Positions 18,333 to 27,056 of a stretch of DNA of 42,522 nucleotides are shown one piece after another; the first letter of the stretch is position 1, and every line of letters begins with the position of its first letter. The DNA comes from a virus. Taxonomy: Duplodnaviria > Caudoviricetes. The notes below the pieces were generated by a model that searched no databases, was not told the DNA's origin, and saw only the letters and a program-made list of their open reading frames with translations. The position numbers and the translations under genes were made by a program. The DNA lies in the IMG/VR virus record IMGVR_UViG_3300022867_000024, positions 1 through 42,522 of that record. One strand, given 5' to 3'.

Positions 18333-20086
18333 TATTCACACGCCAAACATTCTGCTTCAGGTATGATTGTTCTTTCTATTTTTTTTGATACTAACTCTGC
18401 ACGTTTGATTGCTTCACTTCTGCAATAGTACAAAGTTTTTAATTTACGTTTCCAAGCTAACATGTGTATGTCATGTAATTCTTTGATGTTCACATCAGCA
18501 GGAACGAATACATTTACAGACTGACCTTGACAAATAAATTGTTGTCTGTCTGCCGCATGTTCTATTATCCACTGTTGATTTATCTCGATACCGGTTTTAA
18601 AAATATCCTTTTCGTAGTCTGACAAATCTTTAAGATGTAAGACGCTGCCCCTTTGAGAGACAATGGACGACCATATAGCATCATTATTTATTCCTTTCTT
18701 TTCTAATAACTTTTCTAAGTATTTATTTTTAACTAAAAACGAACCAGACATAGTTTTCTGCACATAAGCATTGGCTCTGTAAGGTTCTATTGAGGGGCTT
18801 GTAGTCCCACAAATGATTGATGAACTGGCATTAGGAGCAACAGCTAAAAGGTGTGCATTTCTCATGCCTGTGCCTTCCATATCTGGTGCTTCTCCACGTT
18901 TAATACCAAGTCTTTTACTCTCTGCTACTGCTTGTTCTTTAATGCTTCTAAACATTTTCATGTTTAATGATTTAGCTAATGCACCTTCAAACGGAATACC
19001 TTTAGATTGTAGGTAAGCATGGAAACCCATAGCCCCTAGTCCAATACTTCGTTCTTGTGTTGCACTAAACTTTGCTCTGAATACACTGTCAGGTGCATGT
19101 GTAATAAAGTAAGTTAAAGCATTATCTAAAAATCTAACTAAATCAGATATAAATAAACTATCATTTTGCCACTCATCAAACTTTTCTAAGTTAACTGAAG
19201 ACAAACAACACACTGCTGTTCTCTCTTCATTAGTGGGTAAAGTAATTTCAGTACATAGATTTGAATGATGTACTTTCAATCCTAATTTCTTTTGTGTTTC
19301 AGGTAACGCTTCATTAATAGTATCTATAAATGAAACATAAGGCTCACCAGTAGCAACTCTATTCTCTAATAGTTTCTGCCACAAATCTCTAGCGGATATA
19401 GTTCTTATAACTTCTTTAGTATGAGGGTCTATTAAATTCCAACTATCATCATAAGTAGGTTCAGCTACACACTTTTCAATTAACTGCATAAACTTATCTG
19501 ATATATTTACAGCATGATGAAGGTTCAAACATTTTCTATGAATGTCTCCACCACTTGGTTTACGCATTTCTAAAAATTCTATTATCTCTGGGTGTGAAAT
19601 ATCTATATAAGCCGCATAACTACCACGCCTTGTTTTACCCTGTGAGAACGCAAGTATCTCACTGTCAACTACATGTAAGAATGGAATTGAACCTGATGAT
19701 TGTGAACCACCTGATGTCATAACACCATCACTTCTGACGTCTCCCCAGTAGCCACCAATGCCACCACCAATAGATGCTAACCAAGCATTCTCTGTGTAGT
19801 GTCCTGTTAATCCTTCTCTGCTGTCTCCAACATAATTTAGAAAACATGAGATAGGCATACCTCTGTTAGTTCCACCATTGGATAAGATAGGTGTAGAAAA
19901 CATGAACCATAATTTAGAAGCATAATCATATATACGTTGTGCCATCTCATCATTATCAGAGAACGCTTTAGCGGCTCTCATAAACCCATCTTGGGGTGAT
20001 GTTTCATTAGGTAACAAGTACCTATCTTTTAAAGTTGTCTTACCAAAATCAGTAAGCAACTCATCTCTTTCATAATGTATGTTCAT
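18332..20086 (-). CDS. nrdA: Ribonucleotide reductase class I alpha subunit, no ATP cone
   Basis: STPIL.N, ISCF, SNLCTEI, APNASSS, KTLYY, C-terminal CLACE. Confidence 0.95.
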   Translation of the reverse strand: MNIHYERDELLTDFGKTTLKDRYLLPNETSPQDGFMRAAKAFSDNDEMAQRIYDYASKLWFMFSTPILSNGGTNRGMPISCFLNYVGDSREGLTGHYTENAWLASIGGGIGGYWGDVRSDGVMTSGGSQSSGSIPFLHVVDSEILAFSQGKTRRGSYAAYIDISHPEIIEFLEMRKPSGGDIHRKCLNLHHAVNISDKFMQLIEKCVAEPTYDDSWNLIDPHTKEVIRTISARDLWQKLLENRVATGEPYVSFIDTINEALPETQKKLGLKVHHSNLCTEITLPTNEERTAVCCLSSVNLEKFDEWQNDSLFISDLVRFLDNALTYFITHAPDSVFRAKFSATQERSIGLGAMGFHAYLQSKGIPFEGALAKSLNMKMFRSIKEQAVAESKRLGIKRGEAPDMEGTGMRNAHLLAVAPNASSSIICGTTSPSIEPYRANAYVQKTMSGSFLVKNKYLEKLLEKKGINNDAIWSSIVSQRGSVLHLKDLSDYEKDIFKTGIEINQQWIIEHAADRQQFICQGQSVNVFVPADVNIKELHDIHMLAWKRKLKTLYYCRSEAIKRAELVSKKIERTIIPEAECLACE

Positions 20087-20088
20087 AA

Positions 20089-20325
20089 TTAAAATGGAAT
20101 GTTATCTTCTTCGTCCTTAGTTACAGTTGTGACACCTTCTTTATCTATGATAAAATCAATGTATTGTTTTGCTTTGTGTAAATCTTGTAAGCCACCTTTA
20201 AGTTTCCAACGAGAAATGTACTTAACAACATTGCCTTCACAGTATGAAAGTTTGTTAGCTACAATGTAATCAATGGGTTCTATTTTTGAACTGGCATAGT
20301 GTGGTGGGTTTTTTATATTGTCCAT
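20089..20325 (-). CDS. DUF3310-type protein (gp1.7-like nucleotide-kinase domain)
   Basis: NPPHY...IEPID...GNVVKY..R...K.G.QDL.KA..Y. Confidence 0.75.
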   Translation of the reverse strand: MDNIKNPPHYASSKIEPIDYIVANKLSYCEGNVVKYISRWKLKGGLQDLHKAKQYIDFIIDKEGVTTVTKDEEDNIPF

Positions 20326-21053
20326 AGTTTTACCTCTCCTGTTTTCTTGTTGTAATCACCGTGTCTACAAATATGCGCTACCCTAGCTTGTTGTAGTGCT
20401 TCTGCTTCTGTGTAGCCTTTGTCTTTGTAAATACCCTGAACGATTTTCCATAAATCTTTATGAGTAACATTGGTATATTTTTGGATTAATTTTTCTGCTG
20501 TCTTAATTCCTACACCTTCAATTCCGTCATAGTTATCAGTCTTGTCACCAGTTAATGTTTGTATCATGTGCCAGTAATTTGCTAATTTTAATGGAACATC
20601 ATTAACAGTAATCCCATCAACAGAAAGTTTACATGGAATTGTTTTCATATCTTTATCAATGCTAACAATTATACGCTTCTCATCAGAGGGTTCAGTTGCA
20701 AGTATTCCCATCACGTCATCTGCTTCTAAGTTTTTCCAAACGACACCATTATGTTTCTTCATCACATAATCTCTTAATGCACCTAACACCATTGGCTTAC
20801 GTTTAGCTTTTCTATTATCTTTATAAGAAGGAAGAATATCTTTTCTGAAATTAACTTTATCAGTTAGACAAACAACATAATCATCAGCTTCTAAATTAGA
20901 ACCTAAATTATCTATCTCTGCGTCTACCTCTGCTTCACATTTTTTCTGGTCACAGTGTAGTGTCCATAAGTCACCCCAATTTGTAGCGACTTCTCCCCCA
21001 GTAGCTATTTTATAAATTAAAATATCACCGTCTATTAATAACTTCGTGTTCAT
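20313..21053 (-). CDS. 5'-3' exonuclease (gp6-like)
   Basis: LIDGD, YK.NR, LEADD, SIDKD, GD.TDNY.GI.GVG. Confidence 0.92.
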   Translation of the reverse strand: MNTKLLIDGDILIYKIATGGEVATNWGDLWTLHCDQKKCEAEVDAEIDNLGSNLEADDYVVCLTDKVNFRKDILPSYKDNRKAKRKPMVLGALRDYVMKKHNGVVWKNLEADDVMGILATEPSDEKRIIVSIDKDMKTIPCKLSVDGITVNDVPLKLANYWHMIQTLTGDKTDNYDGIEGVGIKTAEKLIQKYTNVTHKDLWKIVQGIYKDKGYTEAEALQQARVAHICRHGDYNKKTGEVKLWTI

Positions 21054-21062
21054 ATGTTTCCT

Positions 21063-21485
21063 TTATTTAACTATCCGTTCTTGGATAGATTTGCTTAAAT
21101 TTTTTGGCATGAATATTTCAGCTAAAGGTACAAGTACAAACCTGCTTCTCCAACCATCACCACCATTCTTTATTGTTTTGATATATTTCTTTGCCAACCT
21201 TTTGATTGTTGATGTGTCAAATATTAATCTACAATAATCCTTGTCACCATCTGCCAATATATGACACCAGTAATCAGATGTAGTAGCCATGACACCTGAA
21301 GGCTTACCATTACATTCTATTTCAATAGCAATGTTTCCAGTTTTAAACCACCAGTCTCTCTCAGTCTTAACTTCTATCTTTGTTTTATCTTCATCTAAGA
21401 TAGACGCTAGACGCTTCTCTCTTTCCTGACCATACTTTAAGTCGAGGTCAAATTTTTTATTATATGTCAATGAGTTTCGCTCCAA
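21063..21485 (-). CDS. PD-(D/E)XK nuclease-fold protein
   Basis: E...IEVK.E....TGNI.IE...GKPSG...T.SDYW. Confidence 0.6.
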   Translation of the reverse strand: MERNSLTYNKKFDLDLKYGQEREKRLASILDEDKTKIEVKTERDWWFKTGNIAIEIECNGKPSGVMATTSDYWCHILADGDKDYCRLIFDTSTIKRLAKKYIKTIKNGGDGWRSRFVLVPLAEIFMPKNLSKSIQERIVK

Positions 21486-23164
21486 TTATTTCCGATTGTA
21501 AATTTACCTGTTAAAGGCACTCTTAATTGGAAGTAATCACCTGTTCGTTTAATACATTCGACAGCAAGTCTACCAACTTGTTCAGCATCTTTTTCAAGAC
21601 ACTCAACTTGTATTTCATCATGTACCCAGACAACCTGTTGAACATGTGGAATTTCTTTTATTGCATTGTTAAATTCTACTAACCATCTCTTACAAATTAT
21701 TGCGCCTGCGCTTTGTAACAAACTATTTAATGAGGCATGGCTAGAACGTATTTTAATTTGTCTTTTATCAAGAGCAGTTATAAAGCCTTGCTCTGATACA
21801 GATTTCACAGCTTCTATAAGTTTATGTAATGCAGGTAAGTTATTTAAAAATCTTTTCTTAATCTTTCCTGCTTCTCTTAAAGGCTTGTTTATTACTTCAG
21901 CTATTCTTTTGACTGAACCACCATATAAAAAACAATAGTAAAATCTTTTTGCAAGGTCTCTGCTTTCTAGCCCTGCTAATTTCTGAGTTTCTGTGTGTAT
22001 GTCACCTTCAAGTGCTACTTTAGTGTAAGCACCATTGTCAAACTTAGACATGAAATGACACAACATCATAACTTCTAAAGAGGAAACATCACAACCTACT
22101 AATCGTTTACCTTCTGGGACTGCAAACAATTCTCTACACTCTTTACCAAAGGGTACAGATGTGCTTGGAACTTGTCCTAAATTTGGAAATGAATGACTTG
22201 CTCTAGCAGTGACGCATGAATTTGTATTACATGTGCCATGTATTTTACCATTACGTTCATGTTTTAACCAAGCCTGTGTACCTGTCGCTAATTGTGCAAT
22301 TCTTTTATCTAATAAAAAATGTTCACATAATATCTCAGCTTCAGGGTAATCAAGTTTAGATAATATACTGTCATCTAATTTTGGCTTACCATCTGGAGTA
22401 AATTCTTCAGCTTCCCATTTATACTTATCTTTTAATCTCTTTGCTATGTGATGTCTGCTAGATGGATTAAAAATAGTAATACTATCTTTCAATTTCTTAC
22501 CAGTTTTAACTGACCATCTTTCTTCAGTGATAGGTAAAAATATTGTTTGTAATTTATCTGCTAACTCAATTCTTCTGCTATTTAATGTTGTATATAATTC
22601 TTCTGCTTTTTTTCTATTGAAAGTAAAACCATATCTCTCTTGTTTAAATATTATTTGTGCTACGTCATGCTCTAAATCCATAGCCTGTTGTGAGTAACCT
22701 TTTTTATTTATAACATTATATAAAGAGTGAGTTACCTCTACATCTTGAACGCAATAGTCTAGCATTTCAGGTGTGAATGTTTTCCAGTCAGTATCTATTT
22801 GTTCTTTATACTTACCTATTCTATTTCCCCATGCTTTAAGAGAATGCCTACCAATACAATCTTTTGGAAAGTCTGTTCTAGCAAAGTCAGTTTCTCTAAT
22901 ATCTGAAAAGAGCAATCGAGTAGCTACGATTGTGTCGAAAATTTTAGCCTTAAATGTAACGGAAAATAATTTTTCTAAAACAGGAATATCAAACTTAATA
23001 ATATTATGACCAATAAGTAATTCAGCTTCTTCTAGTTTTTTGATAGATGATTTATTGTCTAACCTGTGAACTTCATTTGTATCTATATCTTTTAAAACAA
23101 TACAATGTGCAGTATCACACTCATCAAGAAATCCATTTGTTTCTATATCAAAGACGTACCTCAA
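21467..23164 (-). CDS. polA: DNA polymerase family A with 3'-5' exonuclease (compact gp5-like)
   Basis: FDIET, GHNIIKFD, YCVQDV; motif A DVSSLE, motif B RDLAKRFYYCFLYG, motif C VHDE. Confidence 0.95.
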   Translation of the reverse strand: MRYVFDIETNGFLDECDTAHCIVLKDIDTNEVHRLDNKSSIKKLEEAELLIGHNIIKFDIPVLEKLFSVTFKAKIFDTIVATRLLFSDIRETDFARTDFPKDCIGRHSLKAWGNRIGKYKEQIDTDWKTFTPEMLDYCVQDVEVTHSLYNVINKKGYSQQAMDLEHDVAQIIFKQERYGFTFNRKKAEELYTTLNSRRIELADKLQTIFLPITEERWSVKTGKKLKDSITIFNPSSRHHIAKRLKDKYKWEAEEFTPDGKPKLDDSILSKLDYPEAEILCEHFLLDKRIAQLATGTQAWLKHERNGKIHGTCNTNSCVTARASHSFPNLGQVPSTSVPFGKECRELFAVPEGKRLVGCDVSSLEVMMLCHFMSKFDNGAYTKVALEGDIHTETQKLAGLESRDLAKRFYYCFLYGGSVKRIAEVINKPLREAGKIKKRFLNNLPALHKLIEAVKSVSEQGFITALDKRQIKIRSSHASLNSLLQSAGAIICKRWLVEFNNAIKEIPHVQQVVWVHDEIQVECLEKDAEQVGRLAVECIKRTGDYFQLRVPLTGKFTIGNNWSETH

Positions 23165-23442
23165 AGTTTTACCTTCTTAATCTGTAATACGTTTACTGTG
23201 GGTATCGTAGTTACATTCCCTACATCAGACAATGTGCCATCATCATTAAAATTAACATCTGCTACAACTATATGAAGGTCTTTATCGGCTTTGATAAGCC
23301 AACCATTTGAAATACAAATAGTAATTTTACTGTTTAGTGCTTCTTTTAAAGTCAACCAAGCTGAAGTAGAATTTATATCTTTCCAGTGTAGGGACACAAA
23401 AGGTGCGTCTAATATCTTTTTATTTATTGTTGGTAATTTCAT
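23161..23442 (-). CDS. Hypothetical protein (93 aa from MKLPT)
   Basis: Coupled to polA; W.D...W...C.S.GW motif; start reassigned to avoid overlap. Confidence 0.6.
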   Translation of the reverse strand: MKLPTINKKILDAPFVSLHWKDINSTSAWLTLKEALNSKITICISNGWLIKADKDLHIVVADVNFNDDGTLSDVGNVTTIPTVNVLQIKKVKL

Positions 23443-23444
23443 AA

Positions 23445-23669
23445 TTAATGTAATGTGTTTAGTCGTACTTCGACATTCCAAGCGGCATCTTCTCCTGATA
23501 ATGCCATTGAGGTTAATGTGTCTTGCAACATGAAAGCAGTTTTTAAATGTCCCACGTTTATTATTGTTTTTTTATGTGTTGATTTTGCCCTAGCCACTGC
23601 GTCAGTAACTAATGATGTCCAAACTAAAGCATCTTTCTTTTGCTTTGCAGTTGGTACTTTAAAAGTCAT
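23445..23669 (-). CDS. Hypothetical protein
   Basis: 74 aa, fills the operon after the helicase. Confidence 0.6.
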   Translation of the reverse strand: MTFKVPTAKQKKDALVWTSLVTDAVARAKSTHKKTIINVGHLKTAFMLQDTLTSMALSGEDAAWNVEVRLNTLH

Positions 23670-25251
23670 CTAAAACTTCTGGGTTTACTTCCGCCAGACA
23701 ACCTGTCTCTAAATTATATTGTAAAGTACAAGCACTTCCTGTCTCACCTGAGTAACGGTTTTTTAAAATAGTTACTTTGGCTAATTTCTTATCTGACTTA
23801 ATGTCCCTAGATAATGCTAACAACATATCTGATAATTGACCAATAGAAGCTGAACCTCTAAGAGCATTCATAGTAACTTCTTTGCCGTCTTCGTAACCTT
23901 TATCTCCTTCACTTCGTCTAAGGTGACTAATAAGTATTACGCCTATTCCAGTTTCTTCAACTAAAGTTCTTAATTTACTTACAAAGTAATCAATAAGTTT
24001 TCTCTCATCATTAGTATGTTCATCACCTAATGCTGATAAAGCCATGTGTAAATGGTCTAATATTACAAAGTCTACGTCACATGATTTAGCTAAATATCTT
24101 ATTTTAGAGAGCAGGTTATCTGCAACGGTAGAACCAAAATGATTATACAGAAAAAATTTACCACTGCCCACAGTGCTGTTATACGTCTCACGTAATTCTG
24201 CTTCACTAATACCCTCTCTAGTTAAATGTAATGGTTTTTTTAATTCGACACCCATAATACCTAAAGCACTACGCTTGACGCTTTCTTCTAAAGCTATATA
24301 GCCAACAGAAAACTTTTGTTTAATTAAATCTAATGCTACATGACGACAGAAAGAACTTTTACCTACTCCACTTCCTGCGGTGATAGTAACTAACTCTCCT
24401 TTTCGTAAACCATGTGTCTTAACATTTAGACATTCAAAAGGGTATTGTGCGGTGACATGATTATCTTCTTTAATAATATCTTCCCAAATATCAGTACCTA
24501 AAACTATTCCATCAGGTCTATATGGTTTAGCTTCCCACATTGCTGTAGTTAATTCTTTAGTTCTACCTGCAATGTGCATTTCGTTAGGGTCTTTTAAAGG
24601 TAGCGTTGCTATCTTAGCTTTGTTAGGTGATAGAAGTTTTGCACATTCTATTGCGCCCTCTTGTCCCTGTTTGTCATTGTCAAACATGAAGATACAACTC
24701 TCATAGCCTTCTAAAAATTCTAAAGACCTTTGAATATCTTTCTTTGCACCTGCCGCACCTGACTTAACAGAGACTACAGGAAAACGATTTTGGTTAAGCA
24801 TAGACATTGATAATGCGTCTATCTCACCTTCGGTAATGATAATCATTTTGCCTTTACCATTCCACAAGTGTTGTCCGAATAATCCTGATTTCTTTGCGTC
24901 ACCTAACCATTGAAATTCTTTGTTAGGGTATCTTAGTTTTTGTGCTACTAAATTCTTTTCGTTATCATAGTAGTTTGCAATTTGGCACGGTCTTCCGAAC
25001 CAAGAACCAACTTGATAATTAAATTTTGTTGTTGTTGCTAAATCTATTTTTCTTTTTGGCAGTGGTGAAATCTCACCTTTAATAAAATCTGTGTTTTTCT
25101 CTGTCTGTGTGGGTGGTGTCAATGTGTTTCCTTTTGTATGTGTGTTGCATGAAAAACAATATGAATGAGTATCGTAGACAGCGTTTGCGTCACTACTCCC
25201 ACAGCTATCGCATGGACTGTGATATAAAAATTCACTTTCAGTTTGGTGCAT
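23659..25251 (-). CDS. Primase/helicase (gp4-like)
   Basis: Zn finger CDSC..CFSC, TOPRIM EGEID/MFDND, Walker A AGSGVGKS, ILDHL, LRGS. Confidence 0.95.
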   Translation of the reverse strand: MHQTESEFLYHSPCDSCGSSDANAVYDTHSYCFSCNTHTKGNTLTPPTQTEKNTDFIKGEISPLPKRKIDLATTTKFNYQVGSWFGRPCQIANYYDNEKNLVAQKLRYPNKEFQWLGDAKKSGLFGQHLWNGKGKMIIITEGEIDALSMSMLNQNRFPVVSVKSGAAGAKKDIQRSLEFLEGYESCIFMFDNDKQGQEGAIECAKLLSPNKAKIATLPLKDPNEMHIAGRTKELTTAMWEAKPYRPDGIVLGTDIWEDIIKEDNHVTAQYPFECLNVKTHGLRKGELVTITAGSGVGKSSFCRHVALDLIKQKFSVGYIALEESVKRSALGIMGVELKKPLHLTREGISEAELRETYNSTVGSGKFFLYNHFGSTVADNLLSKIRYLAKSCDVDFVILDHLHMALSALGDEHTNDERKLIDYFVSKLRTLVEETGIGVILISHLRRSEGDKGYEDGKEVTMNALRGSASIGQLSDMLLALSRDIKSDKKLAKVTILKNRYSGETGSACTLQYNLETGCLAEVNPEVLDDF

Positions 25252-25286
25252 AATGTAATAATTTGATTTTTAATTTTAGAAATTTT

Positions 25287-25360
25287 GGCATTGTGGCGGA
25301 ATGGTTACGCAGTGGATTGCAAATCTACGTATCCCAGTTCGATTCTGGGCAATGCCTCCA
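25287..25360 (+). tRNA. tRNA-Cys(GCA), encoded CCA
   Basis: Acceptor GGCATTG/CAATGCC-T-CCA; anticodon arm GTGGA-TTGCAAA-TCTAC; T-arm CCCAG-TTCGATT-CTGGG; U73 discriminator. Confidence 0.95.
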
Positions 25361-25449
25361 CAGGTTGGAGGTAACTTCAGTCTCCCTCCATTACCCCATA
25401 AACGACAAAGCCCTCAACTATTGCTAGCAAAGGGCTTCATCTACAAACA

Positions 25450-25881
25450 CTATGTCAACAACTCTGAAACATCAAAGTTGGGACACAGAATGGAGTTGGT
25501 CACATCTCTGTGACCCACAACGCTGACTGTATACTTCTGTTTCAACTCTTTTACAAGATTTACCAACGAGGTATATTGTTTGAACGTGTAGTTACAGTCA
25601 GGCTTATTTTCTATGGACTTGCCCCCTATCAGGCAAACACCAATAGAATTTTTGTTAGTAATGTCAGGATTACCTTCAACATGAACTCCTGATAAAAGAA
25701 TGTCTCTGCCTTCTTGGACTGTACCGTCACGTTTAATAACGTAATGGAACGCACAAGAGAATAAACCTTTCTTTCTGTGTTCTGTATCTAAATCCTTAAC
25801 ATCTAAATTTTCTTTCGGAGCAGTTTGGCTTGAATGTATTATGACGTAAGAAGTTTCTTTTCTTTGATTACTCATATCCAC
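25450..25881 (-). CDS. T7 gp3.5-like amidase / RNAP inhibitor
   Basis: IIHS, FHYVIKRDG.V..GR, NSIGVCLIGG, GHRD, CPNF. Confidence 0.85.
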   Translation of the reverse strand: MDMSNQRKETSYVIIHSSQTAPKENLDVKDLDTEHRKKGLFSCAFHYVIKRDGTVQEGRDILLSGVHVEGNPDITNKNSIGVCLIGGKSIENKPDCNYTFKQYTSLVNLVKELKQKYTVSVVGHRDVTNSILCPNFDVSELLT

Positions 25882-26282
25882 TCCAGTGGTATGTGTTTAT
25901 CTGCATGTTTAAATTCGTACTTATCGCACCACATGGCGTAAGTTGTTGCAGATTTTTTAGATATTCTACTTCTTGAATTACTGAATATAAATCTAATGTC
26001 TAATTTTGGGTGTTGCTCTTTGACCAATCTCATCTTCTGTCTATCAGCAGAAGTGAACAAACCTTTTGTTTCTATGAAAATGTCTTTATCTGTTAAATGA
26101 AAGTCAGGGGTGTAAGTATGTGATTTCTCAGGTTTAGTATATTTCAACTTAACCTTTTCATACTCATACTTTACACTATTAGCTTTTAACTCTTGTGAGA
26201 TTGCTATTTCTAGTCCTGACCTGAAGCCATATTTCAAACCGACTTGATTAAAAGTCTGTGTTTGTTTCTGATTGTACTTCAT
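25872..26282 (-). CDS. Endonuclease I / Holliday junction resolvase (gp3-like)
   Basis: FRSGLE, YTPDF, IETKG, LDIRFIF; start placed at MKYNQ is uncertain. Confidence 0.9.
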   Translation of the reverse strand: MKYNQKQTQTFNQVGLKYGFRSGLEIAISQELKANSVKYEYEKVKLKYTKPEKSHTYTPDFHLTDKDIFIETKGLFTSADRQKMRLVKEQHPKLDIRFIFSNSRSRISKKSATTYAMWCDKYEFKHADKHIPLEWI

Positions 26283-26865
26283 TTTCAAATGACTTGTCTT
26301 CTGGAGCAGTGTATCCATCTTCAACTTTATCAAATCCATGTACTTCTGAATTTGAAGTTCCACCTGAAACTAATTTAGTTATCTGTACTGCTCTCATTCT
26401 TAATGAAACACCTGCACCTGCCATTGCCGTAAAGTACGGTATCAAATCAGCAGATACTTTCATTTCACTACCAGACCAAATACTAATATCGGTCATGGGC
26501 TTACCTTGACTATCAAAAATTGCAACTTTGTTTGGAATAACTTTTCCATCTTTAGTCATAATTTTTGCTTTAGCTTTGAATTTAAAGATTATATTTCCAG
26601 TTGGTTTTCCTTCAATATATTCTTCTTCAAAAGGTAAGTTTGCTTGCTTAACTTCTTTGCCTTTAGATTTCTCTGCACCTAAAGCAATCGCTTTCTTAAC
26701 TTCTTCATTTATGCTTTTAGTAATTGCTAATCCTTCTTTTGCATTAACAATTAAGTTTGTCTTATAATGCCCTGTCTCATCAAATTTTGTGTCAGGGACA
26801 TTTAACCAACAGAATTGAGATACACCTACTGGTGTCACAATTTTTGTATAGTTCATTTTACTCAT
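26248..26865 (-). CDS. Single-stranded DNA-binding protein (gp2.5-like)
   Basis: TP.G, PDTKF, GSEMKV, GVSLR..AVQI, acidic tail ending in F. Confidence 0.88.
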   Translation of the reverse strand: MSKMNYTKIVTPVGVSQFCWLNVPDTKFDETGHYKTNLIVNAKEGLAITKSINEEVKKAIALGAEKSKGKEVKQANLPFEEEYIEGKPTGNIIFKFKAKAKIMTKDGKVIPNKVAIFDSQGKPMTDISIWSGSEMKVSADLIPYFTAMAGAGVSLRMRAVQITKLVSGGTSNSEVHGFDKVEDGYTAPEDKSFENEVQSETNTDF

Positions 26866-26971
26866 CTTCGTCCTTTGTTATTGGTTCTATTATCTCTCCG
26901 TCCATTACACGTGCCACTAGAACGTCTAATGGTTGGTAATCAACTGGATAATCTTTGTCGTATTTATCCAT
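26858..26971 (-). CDS. 37-aa acidic peptide (not in ORF track)
   Basis: MDKYDKDYPVDYQPLDVLVARVMDGEIIEPITKDEDE; GGAG RBS; directly after a phage promoter. Confidence 0.6.
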   Translation of the reverse strand: MDKYDKDYPVDYQPLDVLVARVMDGEIIEPITKDEDE

Positions 26972-26998
26972 TCGTATCTCCTGTGTGTTTGTTGTTTA

Positions 26999-27014
26999 CT
27001 ATGATGGGTACTTT
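26999..27014 (-). promoter_or_regulatory. Putative phage-RNAP promoter AAAGTACCCATCATAG
   Basis: Same 16-mer, just downstream of the RNAP gene (T7 phi1.1 position). Confidence 0.7.
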
Positions 27015-27056
27015 AATCATTTTCCGATTTCGAATATGTTCCGATTACGGATTGTA

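Noticed and set aside
25301-25513. 70-aa plus-strand ORF
   Set aside because: Overlaps the tRNA-Cys gene; spurious
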